A DNA stretch of 64,000 nucleotides from Harriotta raleighana (Eukaryota), in the NCBI GenBank assembly GCA_050575255.1, contig JBNZDD010013718.1:3724540-3788539 (forward strand), in the 5' to 3' direction. The translations under genes were made by a program, and so were the position numbers. The notes under the pieces were generated by a model. The model saw nothing but the letters and a program-made list of their open reading frames with translations. It made no database searches and was not told where the DNA came from. Shown here piece after piece: positions 48,360 through 61,699 of the stretch (positions within the stretch are counted from its first letter, which is position 1; each line of letters starts with the position of its first letter).

Positions 48360-51300
48360 TATATAGTAAAACTGATATATAGTGGAATTGTATGCGTTAT
48401 CTTTGTACATTAACATAGCATTAAGGTTATAATAAATTACATATTGATCAATCAACCAATTGATTATTCAATGACAAATTAAACAGTTCAACCTTCTATT
48501 CATTCAGCATGATGTTAGCATCAAAAACAGAAAATAGTGAAAATGTCCACATAATTCAAATTGTTCAAAATATGTTTTTAGCCATTCAACAAATGCTATA
48601 ATTATAGTCAGGTTGACTTGTACAGTAGCCATCCTGGAGTGTTTGAATCAGTAATGAGTTCCATCAATTCAAATCCAAAGCCAAGGTCCGATATTCAGGA
48701 CATTTATCTAATCCAAATCAGATTATTTTACTGAGGGTTTAGAGGCCCAATAATTTGCTACCAAATTTATGCAATCTATTTAACAAATGTCTCTCTTTAA
48801 CACTGCTTTAGTCCACTTCCTGCCTACTTCCACCTCTAATTGGTTGGGCTCCCAGTCCATCTTTGTAAAACGAGTCTGCCGCCTAATTGATAGGTGCTTT
48901 ATAAATTCAATCAAGAAAAATACTATGGACTCATCCTAGGAAAACAACCAAAGCCATAAAAGTGCTTGAGTGTTTTGGTACTTCGCTTGAATTACCTAAA
49001 TCTATTTTGGGATCAAGGCTGAATGCAAGAGGAGAACCAGGTAGCAGAACACAATCCCTTTAGCCAGTTAAATGTTTGAGGCTGAATTGCCCTGTCTATG
49101 GTAGTTTATTGACTACTTGCTCTTTTAACAGAATATGTTTTGGCATTAAATGTACTTGTGGTGTTTTGACTGCTAAAGCACATTGGTATGTGTTGGATTA
49201 GTCGCAGTATGATATATTTATGCACAAACAGTAAGTGATCAATTAAATGAATTATTATAGGGCAGACCTGACTAATATTAGACAACTACTGATGCTGTAC
49301 CTCACAGACCACCATTATTAACTCGCTTTCGAATCCATAAGTAGGGTTAAATTGCTCTTGTACTCTCTGATTGTTTTAGCCAAGCAACAGCAATGTCTGA
49401 TGCTAGTGAAATCCTAATTTTGGCAGCAGCAGCAGCCTTGCAGAGGGACAAAGATAACAGGAGCGGAATATGAAGGGCAAAGCATTCCACTTTTCAAAGA
49501 ATTCATGGACAAAACCATTTGGCTTTAACCAAGTTACATTGTTTCTGTTGTTTTAAGCTCGGTAAAGCTGTTGGGCGCTATTCTTAGATTGTGGCCGCAT
49601 CCTTTATGGTAATGATACCAACTATAAACTGTGCAATCCAAATGATCACCGTTAGCCTTTCCAATGCCAAATACTAACAATTGCCAAATTTGCTTTGCCT
49701 GATTTGATCATTTCAAGCTACAGTATTAGGGAAATGTTCACATGTCGGTGACATACGTACATTGAATTCCTAACCTGGTTTGGATACTCTTAAGAATGGT
49801 TATGGGTTTCCACATGTGTCAGATACGCAGCTAATTAAAAACATTTAAAGCTGGAATATATACTTTACAATCAATTGTGTTTGTGTCCGTGCATGTGTGC
49901 ATGGGGAATAGTTCCTCCATTATGATTACAATGGATTCCTAATTGTTACTGTTGGAATAGAAACTCAACCACATATACAATCTGCCATTTCCCCCATTTC
50001 CACTCATCCACTCTAAAAAAAATTGAGGTATTTTGCAGTGCTAATATCAGTAGGAATCTTCATATCCCAATGATCTAATACATCCCTTTCTTATTATGTG
50101 ATGCAGCAACACTTTAAAAAAGACAGCTTTGATACAAGGTATGGTTTGCAGATGTGAATTTTCTGACATAAAAATCTGTAATGGAAGACTCTTAAAAGAA
50201 CTAAAACTGTATATAGTAAAATAACTAGTTGCTTGAAATGAACTTCTGAAAAACAAAAATTGTGAAAAATACAGAAGTATACACACCACTTCACTCAGCC
50301 CTCACTGCTGGAAAAATATTAACAAAATAAACGAAGACTCATTTGAAGGCCAAGCAACAACTTCTCAGACCACTTTATCCTTTGAAAATGTATGCATGAT
50401 GTGCCATTGTCATAGAAACTGTCCATTTCATCTCTGGATGCTGTGGTTAGTAATTGATTGATCCTGTTTGTAATGTGGATTAGAATTTGATCCTTTACAG
50501 GCTGTTACACTGTTGCTTCCATTCTGAAATATTTCAAACAATTCTCAAAGTGAATTAATGGAATACTTGACACTTTTTAACACCGTTGAATTATCTGAAA
50601 GCCATGCATGCAGGATCCCGCTGCTAGACAACCCTCCTGCTTTGCTTGCGCAACTTGCCAGAGTGTTACCTGCCAGCTTAGTTGAATAGGCAGCCGCTAA
50701 AGATGCAGTCTCTATCAGATAACCTTGACAGATAACTGCGTGCTTATTTTCCTTATTAGCACCCAGGTGTTCCCGATCAAAGTGCCTTGCCAAATTTCAC
50801 CGTATTATACAAAATCTTTGACCTGATCATTGTCAATGTCAGATGCTGACACGCTGAATTTTTTCCTGCAAATAAGACGGATGCCAAGAAGACGCCATCC
50901 ATGTACTTCTTCTGAGCGGGCTGTTGATTTTGCTTTTGCCATGCCAGCTTGTAATATTTGCGCCTTGACTGTCTTACTCGTGATGCAAAATTGCCAGCTT
51001 TGTAGTTCATTTACTCTAAAATGAATGATGGATTGAAGAGGTAGAACCTTGTGCCACTTGCTTAATAGGTACACTTAACCATATACCTCACGTATGCACA
51101 CAAGGACCCCTTTCTGCAAGCTAAAGTTACATTCTGTTTACTTTGATAACATTATAACTACAGTCAACCACAACAATAACCATGACCTGCATTTAAACAT
51201 AGGATAGCATCTCATAGTGCTGTTCATAGGTGTGGTTGAACACCAGCCAAAGGAGGAAGGGTGAGGAAGGTCTTCTGGTGGGAATTAACAATCTTTAAAT

Positions 51301-53320
51301 AAGTTAACAGGTAAAGTAACTATTTTAGCAAGTTTATTCCTAATATTCTTTTTTTTTTAAAAACCCAAATATTATTGCGTTCTAGAGCAGAACGTTTTGT
51401 TTCAGTGCAATGCCTGCTCTTAGTAAGATTAGTGCCAAAGATAAATTTCCCTGCAATATGGGTGTGCTTCTGTCTGACCATTCCAGATTGCATAAGCATC
51501 TGGTTTCCATCTTTAATTTGGCGAGAAAACTGTTGTTCCCATTTACATTGAAAGTGAGTGGAACTAAACTGGATTTTCTTAAAATTCGGAAATCTTAGAA
51601 GCTGAAAATACTTTCTAGCCAAGCAATGAGCTAAGAGATTGTACCAAGCTTGAGGCAGATTATGAGTTCCACAAACACAGAAACATAGACTCTCCGGTGT
51701 CTGTTTATGTAAAGTTCAAACAGGTGTGTGTATATACATATGTAAATATATCAATGATAACTCCTTCATAGTTTTGTTTTCTGAGTTTTTTTTTGGTAAC
51801 GAGTTGGACTGTGTCCCGTGAATTGGTCAGAAGTTCTGTAGTGAAAGTAATTCAGTTCATCCATTGTAGGATTGCCTCTTAACATCTTGATAAGTGGTGC
51901 CTGGATTACAATAATGTGATTCAGCAGCTGTGTGTTTTTCTGGTTTTGCATTGTCTGCAAAAAAAATCCTTCTCAAAAAACACTCAAAAAGATATCAAGT
52001 TCACAGCAATATTATCAGTGGTGAACATTGAACTTACCCTCTGCTTTGTTGGAAGGTGATCATCACACTCTGTGGATGATGAAACACATGAATAAATTAC
52101 CAGGCAGAATGATTAATTCCATCTTAAAGCACCTACTTCCATCTTATCAATCATTTCATTAGCGGGAAAAAAAAAGTTCATTGTAAAGGAGGCCGAACCC
52201 TCCACTATGAATAACTACCCTACCTCTCGACATGTTTACACATTGAAAGGCAAGGTAATACTTCACGTATTTATCCTGTACTCAAGTGAGCTTTGACTGT
52301 TTCAAACTGTTCGCTTTCCTAATTTGGATCATTTAATTTTATACTGAGCAAATAATTTGATGAAGTCAAAGGACGTCTCTACCTCTTCTGCCTGTTCCTC
52401 TGTACCCCGCACTCCCACTTGCAATGATTTGTCTTTCCCAGGCACTGCCCTCTCTGGTCCATTGCAATCCGATGTATCTTCCCAGCATGCAACTGCTGTC
52501 CAAGCCAGCTGGTACCACTACATCTTCAGAGGCAGGTATTAATCATATTTTTCAATGGGACATTCTGCTATTTATCTCCCTGACACTTCTAGCATTTGAG
52601 GGCCAGTACAGACCACAGACCATTGAGTAATAAGATTACTCATTACCGTGCTTCATTGCTTCTCCCTGCCTTCTCCATTGAGTGGCTGTTCAACGGTGGA
52701 TTTGTGTTCGTTGATCAGAAATAATTTATGCTTTTTAAAAAAAAAAACACAGCTAAGGGAGCAAATGGTGTATACCTATCTTTATATTTAGCTCATACGT
52801 GTATCTCAGTACAGCCATTTTGCGAGTTCATTAAGTGACCTTGGAACAGACAGGTGGTGAATGAATCGAAATACAGTACAACACAGTCACAAAGTGACTC
52901 AAATAAAATGCAAAGTATCACAATCTGCTAGTAGTTTACTAGGGTGAAAATTCTCACATTTGAATCCCTTCCCTACAAAATACTGTACAATGATTCTAGT
53001 AGGTATTTTTAATACGCTTGTTCTAGGGCCAATTGTTTTATCGTCAATACAAGATTTTAAATAGCAAACTGAGAAAGCAAACTGAAAACAGTACTTTTCG
53101 ATGTATCAAGGCAGCAGAACAAGAGACTTAAGGTTTTATAGGGCAATTTGAGGATGGAACATAAAATGACAATTGAAAAATAATTTTGGATGCCATTTCT
53201 GATCCCATTTCTGATCATGATTGCTTTTCTTTTTTAGTGCAAATGTGACTAAGATGTGCTGTTAAAGGTGTAAATCATAAATTGCAATTCGCAACATGAA
53301 AACACCAATATCATCATATA

Positions 53321-53722
53321 TAATTCTTACAATTGAAACAACATCTTTCACGAAAGGAGGACATGTTAAAGCACTTCACAGGATAATCTGTAAAGTTGAG
53401 TTACTATATTTTGTAGGTGAATGTGGAAGCCAATTTGTTGCACACACACAGTCCTAATTATATTTACGGATTGTTGATCATGATGCTAAAAGAAATTATT
53501 TTCTCTCTTTGAATAGTTCTATGGAATCCTAAACATCCACCTGAGCAGACACTCAAGAACTTGGTTCAATGTTTCATCCAAAAAACAGCACTTCTTGCAT
53601 TGCAACATACTCCAGCACTGCATTGTAGTGTCAGTCTAGGCTATAAAAATTTTAAGTCACAAAGTAGGGCTTGAAACATTTCTGACTTGTTTGTGAGTGT
53701 GCTACTGACTGAGCCAGGCTGA
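53321..53722 (-). mobile_element. Near full-length DeuSINE (tRNA head + Deu domain + L2-type tail)
   Basis: Minus strand: ggctcagtcagtagcacac..tttcaagccc..ctagactgacactacaatgcagtgctgg..ggatgaaacattgaacc..gctcaggtggatg..ctattcaaaga, then the shared tail. Confidence 0.8.
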
Positions 53723-53949
53723 GATACTTTTCTACCTTCTCAGTTACAGAGACTCATTTTGGCACTTTATGAAAAAAACATGAGAGCCAACACAATGTAG
53801 GTGATCACAAGCCAAGGACCATATTAAGCAGTTATTCATTTCTGCATAAGTGTTTAAAATTAGCTATTGGCAAATATCTAACCCAGTTTATTTCAGCAAT
53901 ACAAAAGAATGACGAATTTCCAGTGGTTCCCTAAAATGGCCACACTTCT

Positions 53950-55690
53950 AAACTTTACAGAAATCAGAAATGAATTGGAGTAAACCTCGGGGTATCATGT
54001 TATTAGAAGAGTTAAGTGATTTATTACTGTCTGGAGCTATTTCGAAGGTCCATTTGACAGAAGAGCTATGAGCCCTCTATTACAAATACTTAATTATCTC
54101 AAAAAGTTTCAGGGCTTTCATGCAGTCATTAACGTTCATGACCTCAACAATTTATTGAAGTAGTCATTATTCTTAGTCATTATTCAAACCCTAATGAGAT
54201 CTGCTATGTTCAGTGTACCTCAAGGATGCATAAGTCCACATTCTGAAGGGAGGACTTTGGGAAATATTAGATTTCCAAATGAAGGGATACAATAATAGAA
54301 AAAGGACCTTCCTATTTTCCTAGGGTCTTTAGTTGATTAAAGTCCATTGGTACGCCCAATGGGCATTCAGGGGTCCTTAAGGGTTGGCTCATGCCAACTT
54401 GTATTTTAACTGCTTAGGGAAAGGTAAGTAAGAGAATTGCATCTGAGGAAATGGTACACATTGCATACCAGACAAAGAGAAACCATGCAAATATAGCACT
54501 CCCTGTATCTTAGTTTAGATTCATTTCAGCATTGTGATGATTTGAGCAGGTGTCAGATACCAAACTGAACAAAATTGTTTTGCCAAGTCTTAGCCGCCTA
54601 TTTATCCAGCACTATTAGTTGTTGGGGCCCACCATAGGGTCCTGAGTAAGATGTGTATTATGATACGGTTCTATCCATTGAAATAGAGTGTCAACATGAT
54701 CCAATCATTCTAGGTAACTCAGTTGTTCGTTTGAATCCCAGTGAGTCCTTTCTGTCTGTTACTATTACAAGGTCAATAGCATGCATTTATATGTCTTACA
54801 AAGACTTCCTGAGGGGTTAAAAGCATGTTTATTCCAAGCAGGACTTTAATAATCCAAGACATCATTGATGCTCTAAGCCTTTGGTGAAACCTGGAAGTGG
54901 AAATTGCAAGCCTAAACCCCAATTTATGGTGGTCCTAAATGATTAGTATAAAGTCCAATCTTCTTGCAGTTCAAGAGAAATCTAAGGCATTCAGCCTACA
55001 ACAACAACAAAAAATTACATTTATAGAGCGCCTTTCACATCGGGAGGATGTCTCTACCATTTATAGTGACCAAATTCTAGATACAGATGGAACAGATATC
55101 TTTGCCAAGCTATGGACAAAATCTATTTAGCTAAGATTTAGGATCTAAGATAAATGCTAAATATTAGTTGATATTATCAAGGGTATTTGAGTGTACTGGG
55201 GCACTATTGGGTTTCATCCTCCCCTTCTTCTGCATGTCAGAGCAATGACCAGTAAAATCATATTCTTCACAGTTGAAGTGAAGTTTGGTAGCTGTTCTGA
55301 ACTGAACTAGTTAAAGATATGAAACCATTTAGCCAAATGCCACAAAAGAACCTTTAAATATCTCTCTTCTAACCTCACTCCTGCTATAACTGTTTTCACT
55401 ATCTTCAATTCTGAGATCAAGTCTGAGATTTGTTGTCTTCCTAGCGTTTAACCATTTATCTTTCGTTAGATGTGAAGAATTCTTGGCAGGCCTCAAATGA
55501 TGCATCAAGGTACCTGGTGGCCATCTGGACTTCCTTTGGGGTGATGTTTTATGATTTCCCCTTACAGACACTTTTAAGCTTCCCTGATAGATGTTGAAAT
55601 TTTCCATGACAGATGCTTTAAGCCTCCCATTATCATTAAGCTTCAGTCAACCACTGTGGTGGGTTTCCCTCACGTGAGAGCTAACCTTTT
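53950..55690 (-). mobile_element. Decayed DIRS-type element (gag-like, RT, RNase H), interrupted by an L2/SINE tail at ~54998-55055
   Basis: Minus strand in DIRS order: ATRYLDASFEA/NARK..LR/FKGS..FG (gag-like, 55330-55520), CLRF, GFTK (FTK 54880-54888) exactly 46 codons before SLGF (LGF 54733-54741), VPFPQMQ (54437-54457), TYASL (54221-54235; cf. TDASL), KALKLF. No intact YLDD. Confidence 0.45.
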
Positions 55691-56894
55691 AGTGATATTT
55701 TGGGCATCATACAGTATATGAAAATGTAAGGAGAAGCATGTGCAAGAAATGTTCGCTAAAATCCTTGTGGATATGTATTATGCATTCATCTTATTTTTCC
55801 AAGTTGCTATGAGTGTACATTATATTCATTACACAAAATCTAATGTGATTTTATTTTCAAATGGTTAGTTTTAAATCACTTGTAAACAATGTTTGTTTTA
55901 AAAAATAGGAAATAGCTTTTCCCATTTACATTGTCATTCAGAAAAGAAAGGATTTGAAAGCATAAATCCCAGCATTTACTGTTGCTCGACTAAAATACGT
56001 GCACAACAGTAATACACTGCTTTGCTGATGAAGTTTGGTCATTTGAAATGTGGCCCTTTCCCCTCCTCCTTCTCTCTTACTTGTCATCCAACCCCGTTAC
56101 ATACAGCGCTCTGAGATGCTATCAGGCCGTTGTTGTTTTCTTTTCAATTTGTGAAGACTCTCGTCTTACACAACTATATTATACCTGTTGTTGTTGGTTT
56201 AACAAAGGATTTTATTTAAGCTTTGAAACTTATGCCCCACATACCTCAATTTTTAAGCCACTTCGAATTTTGAAAGATCAGAAGTGTTCTAAAAGGAATA
56301 AAAGCACACGGGCAATATTAAACTTACATGTCTCACCAAAAATCCTTCACTCCTTAATGCATTCATATATCTTTCATTTTCTATCCATCAAGCACACAAT
56401 AATGCATTATTAAGGAAGTTAAAGAAGTACAAGGAGTTTGGCTTCAAACATTCTTTTGCGCTTGTTTATTTTATTGTGATGATACAAATTATACAATTAA
56501 TATTTCATGAATTATATCAGTCATAAAGATTGCCTGAAAATATATAACTAAAGCCAGTAGTTGGCAGGTAGCCATGACTGCTGTGTTTCAAAAGGAATTG
56601 GAGTGTCAAGAAATTGGATGCATCAGCATTAACTGGGGAACATAGCTTAGGAAGGCGTCTCTTGGCTGAAGTGAAAGATTCAGCTGTGTTTCAGGTCATC
56701 AACGGGGAGGGCTGTCTTCAGCTGCTAAAAATTCATGATGTGGAGTTAATGTTTTTATGTGCATAAAATAAAAATATTAATTTACTAAAAATATAGTTTC
56801 AATTGAAAACAAACGGGTCATTAACATGCCACATTTACAGAAGAAATAGTGGAAAACATTAAAAGCTGTAATAGTAATTTAGTTAATTCAACAT

Positions 56895-57035
56895 TTTGGG
56901 GAGGACAAGTTTGTAGGGCTATGGGGAAAGAGTAAGGAAGTGGGATTGATTTGGATAGCTTTTATAAAAGAGCTGGCCCCTATCCCTATTGGCCGATGGC
57001 CTCCTTCTGTGCTGTATAATTCTATGATATGATTC
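56895..57035 (+). mobile_element. CR1 3' end
   Basis: gggctatggggaaagag..gatggcctccttctgtgctgtataattctatgatatgattc. Confidence 0.85.
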
Positions 57036-57049
57036 TTCATATTGTCATC

Positions 57050-57170
57050 CAGTTTCTTAGATAGGAACAGGAGTAGGCTATTCAGTACCTCGAGCTTGTT
57101 CCATCATTCTATTAGATCATGGCTCATCTGTACCTCAACTAAAATTGCCACCTTTGCTTCATATCCTTAC
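57050..57170 (-). mobile_element. CR1 (HER1-type) 3' end, tail-to-tail with the previous element
   Basis: ataggaacaggagtaggctattcagtacctcgagcttgttccatcattctattagatcatggctcatctg; reverse complement of the 6790-6880 type. Confidence 0.8.
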
Positions 57171-58589
57171 ACAAATCACATTTTTCATATCACTATATTG
57201 AAGCAAAAATATGAGGGTTCACACCAATTTACTTCTAGAAATAAGCTATCTATGTTACTGTACTTTAGTAAAGATGTATAGTCCACGGGCATGGAGATGT
57301 AGCCAATAGACATAGAGAAGCATTTCACTAAAATCTATTTTAGTAATTTACAGTTAAGCAATCTCTGAAGAGACAGCAGAGAAGCAGACCACTCAGCCAA
57401 ACAACATATAGTTGTAGGAGTTAAAGGTTTAGTTTTCCATCATCCTGCAATGCCAAAAAAATACAGTTGATTCTTGTTAAAACAGCTGTATTCCTTTCAC
57501 GACATTCACCTTGTCAGTTTCATGAATATGGAATGGGACAACCAAATAAAATTAGTGTGCACATATGGACTTATGAAGTAAGAGCATTAATTTAAATTTA
57601 TTATTGTTGCATTCAAATGTAAAAAATACAGATTAAGTATTACAGAATTTCAAACATGCTACTACACCTTCAGTTTAATGGAAAACAGAATGGCGGTTAG
57701 GCAAAGGATGGACGGGAGAAGAGAACTCGTTGTCCTCACATGGAAATAAGTCAATTTGGCATCCATCTTTGGAAGAGGAACCTCAAGCTGATTATCAGTC
57801 TCTTGAATAGACTCAAACTTTAAATGCCTTGCCTGTACAGATGATTTACTGCTCACGGTCACTCTGCTGTTCACAAGATTAGAAGAAAAAAGCAAAGTTT
57901 TACAATGAATTTCTAAACTTGTCCGAGATTCAATAGTGAAAGTCTGTAAGCTCTACGATTATCTAACGCACAAAGTCTCTTCCACTCCACTGTGCTCCAG
58001 TGATAGGTGCTCTGTGGTATTCAAGGTAATGGTAGCTATCCATCTCTCCATTGTTTTGCCAGGCTATTTGTGGGCTTTTTGGCTAATACTAGTGAATCCT
58101 TTCCCCACCCATTCGCAGTATTATAGACATAAGTTTCAATTGGATTCTGCTGAAAAGAAGCGTGAAACACAGCTGCAATTGCCAGGTTTCAGTTTAATGA
58201 GAGTGGCTAAATGTACTGTAATAAGCGCTTACCTCATTTCCACTTCTGGACAAATGGACAAATTAAAGTACTATAATTGAGAAGGGGTTGGGGGGAGGGG
58301 GAAATGGGGTGGGGGGAGAGAAACTTTCATTGCTGACAGGAGAGCAGCTGCTCCTTCTTTTAAATAGACGACTTTGAAAATGATGTTTCAACAGCAAATA
58401 ATATATCATTGAAACTTTAGTGGTTTGTACTGTAATTCATGTCAAAGGTAAGGAAATGTTAGAGATTATTGCTGTTTTATCATCACACGAGTGTGGATCA
58501 CAATATTTTGTTAATGATCCTTCTCACAAAGTAACATTTTCTCAATTAAACTATTATTGTAGTCAAAGTATTGGAACTCTTATTACTGT

Positions 58590-58916
58590 AATAATAATCC
58601 TTGCATTTGATACAGTGCTTTTCACATCTTCTAGATATCTCAAAGTGCTTCACAGAATATACTGTAAAGTGATTTGACTGCACACTTGTGGGTGAAACGC
58701 AGGAGCCAACTGCACAAAGCAGTGTCCCACAAACAGTCGTGGATTGAAATGACCAATTTATTATTGGGGTTTTTCCTTAAAGGATTATTATCAGGAGTAA
58801 GGAAAGGATTATTATGTGGAGTAAGGAAACCTGACCAAAGTTTCGCCCTGCCTGGAAACTAACCCAGGTCTCTCTCTTATAAGGCGAGTGCACTTACAAC
58901 AGAGCTACAGAACTCC
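58590..58916 (-). mobile_element. Full-length tRNA-SINE (same family as 5531-5841) with an internal 24-bp tandem duplication
   Basis: Collinear with 5531-5841; aaaggattattat(ca/gt)ggagtaagg twice at 58779-58826. Confidence 0.9.
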
Positions 58917-59971
58917 ACAACCATTGAAATGAAGGAGTCCTTATTGCAAAAAAACATTTGATCTGAACAACATTAATGCATTTTGAAGTGATATTACTTA
59001 TCCTATCTTTTGAATCAGGGGAAGTTATGTTCAAATTGAAAAGGAGCTCAGAAAATGTATATAGGGGTTGTGCAACCATTATCAGCTTTTAAAATGAATC
59101 AAAGCTATTCAATGAGCACAATTCCGCAGCTGCCTAAATTCACAACATCTGAAAGTGGAAGTGTTCCTCTGGTATATCTAAATAGATGCGGAATATAACA
59201 GAGTCCATTCAATTCATATGTTAGTCCAGTTTATTCATTTGTTGCTTTAAATTAATCCTATAGTACAGCCAATTGCAGTTTCTGCAACACAAAAATGCCT
59301 GACGCAGTGATATGCCCACAAATGGGAAACCACAGACGGTTGGAAAAGTATTGCTGCTTGCCAGCAATACAGTAAAGTTTGCTGTTTGCATAAGATTCTG
59401 CAAAAGTACTGAAGCAAAACATGCAACAATTGACCGCCGCAGAATGAGGAATGACTTTGGTTGAAAATGGCAGGAAACGTTCACAAGAAACAATTCAACC
59501 ACTGAGCAATTATCTCGGCACCATGCGTGTGTGTGTGGAGAGCACATCCAGTAAACCCACACTCAGCAACTATTTGAAAGTAATACTGTAGCAGCAACAA
59601 AAAGTTGTCCAAGAGGTATATGTGAACCAAGCACCTTATTCAAGCATGTAGCTGTAACCCCATCACATGGATGCCCCAAATCTTTCAAACAACAACTTGA
59701 ATTTATGTAGCGCCCTTCACGCAGGGTAGCATCTATGCACCAAGTCTGATGCATAGCATGCTGAGCAGCAGACAATTCTACAGACAAGTAGAGGAGGCAC
59801 ATTTGTAGACTTTACATTTAGTACATAACTAGATTACAAAACGTCAAATTGTTTTGAGACACTTGTATGTGATTTACACTTTTTTGTTGATCTGTCCAAT
59901 TAGTTTCATTGCATTTCATTCCATTTGCACTGCATGGTATTTAGTAAAGTATAAATTACTGTGAAAGATAA

Positions 59972-60179
59972 ACTATTATCTTCCAAGAAAACAATAATAA
60001 ATTGGTCACTTCAATCCACATCTGTTTGTGGAACACTGCTGTGTGCAATTGGTTGCTGCGTTTTCCCCACAAAATATACAGCCAATTCATTTTGCAATAT
60101 ATTCTGTAAAGAGCTTTGAGACGTCTAGAAGGTGTGAAAAACGCTATATCAAATGCAAGAATTATTATTATTATTATTA
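59972..60179 (+). mobile_element. tRNA-SINE 3' half with (ATT)n tail
   Basis: Near-identical layout to 6988-7195. Confidence 0.9.
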
Positions 60180-60559
60180 GTTTGAGATTTGAAAAGTAGC
60201 CTTGGTTCCATTATACCATTTTTCATGACTAAATCTGAAAATATATTCAGAATTAAGCACTTATGCATGATATTTTCATGATAAATTTGTAAACCAATTA
60301 GCATTTCATATTATTTAGAAGTGTATGAACTTCACAGTATGATATTTAACTTTCTAAATTGTAAGATTTTGTTTTTGGTCAGTCTAGAATCAGATATATG
60401 CCTATTTCTACCACAATGCACAGGAGTCTCCAAGCCAAACTAATGAGTATATCATTTCCATTTATCTGCTATCACAAGCACACTCTATATCCAGGAGGAT
60501 CTTACTCTGTTTGCTTAATCGCAGAGAAATTTGGTACGGTGGTCTAGATCTCTGCACAA

Positions 60560-60960
60560 ATAAGACACCCACCTGATATATCTGCAAGTGTTCACAAATC
60601 CATGAACATTTTCATAATTATCTCATGCATTTGTCCACCTAAGCACATTAGACCTGTCAGTTCTTTTATCCTTTATGTTAGCACTGTATTCCATTCATTC
60701 TGCAGTTTTCTGATTTTGAGGTACTTTTGGGGGCATCTATCAGTGTCGAATTTGGCCATGTGCAACCATATCTCAGCTATCAAAAACCTTTCCAAAAATC
60801 TAGGATGGTAATCTGTATTTCGCACTTTTTCTATGATATTGGGAGGTACATTGAAACACACGATCCTCTGTGTTTCAAAACCCCAGCCTATTCTTACTAA
60901 TCCTATTCAACAGCATGATGCTAAATCATCTTCAGTTCCTAGAAAGGTATTTAACGTCAT
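60560..60960 (-). mobile_element. Old non-LTR retrotransposon ORF2 C-terminal fossil (Crack/L2-group-like)
   Basis: ORF 60673-60861 and flanks: QRIVCFNVPPN..IWLHMAKFDTDRCPQKY..NEW..RIKELTG resembles the recalled pattern KR.L.V..N..YWL.L.KM..DR.PK..Y..NW..IK.LL..G. Confidence 0.4.
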
Positions 60961-61194
60961 GATGTCAAATTTGATTGGTAAAGCTACAGACACAAAAATG
61001 AGTGAAGAATAAGTGTATTTAGAAATCAGAGATCATATGCAATGATTGAACCTCTGGCATATCATAGAGATAACCGAGGTCAAACAAAAGAAAGCTTCAC
61101 AGTTAACTCTAAAAATACACTGACCAATAAAAAAATCATCATGCATTTCTATTGAAAACAAACCATTTGGCCAACACATCCTTACTTGTCATGA

Positions 61195-61390
61195 TTTGTC
61201 TACAAATATATTGTCAATTCACATTACATATTCTCTGAAGCACTTTGAGACGTCTCGAAAACACGATAGGCACCATATCAAATGCAAGGATTATTATTCA
61301 TTAACCAATGGAGAAAGTTTCTCCCGGTGTCCTGGCCAGCAATCCTCCAGGTTAAATTGTTTGTTCACTTCATTCCTGTTTTGGGGATTT
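61195..61390 (+). mobile_element. SINE tail plus Deu-domain fragment
   Basis: ctgaagcactttgagacgtc..atatcaaatgcaaggattatt, then agtttctcccggtgtcctggccagcaatcc. Confidence 0.75.
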
Positions 61391-61699
61391 GTTTGAGTGA
61401 AGCGAAAATATATCTGGAATCTAAATGTACTGAACACCATGGTAAGTTGCGCAGATAAGTTATCCTACACAAAGAATCCTAAACTTTCCCAAAGAAATGA
61501 TCATGATTATAGTGACTTTGAGAGTGATTTTCTGGCTGGCAGTCAATGCTTAAAGAGGCAGAGATGTTGTCAAAGAATTATCCATAATCCTTATCATTGG
61601 TTGTTAATTACATAATTAACGACTGAAAATCCCTTTGCACACACATGGTTAACACAACCCGCATATTAGACCCCAATTAAGGATATTAGTAGTCAGCTC

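Noticed and set aside
52442-52535. 94-nt exon-like segment with AG/GT ends
   Set aside because: Pyrimidine-rich context and weak L2-like peptide suggest a decayed L2 fragment; no host protein recognised.
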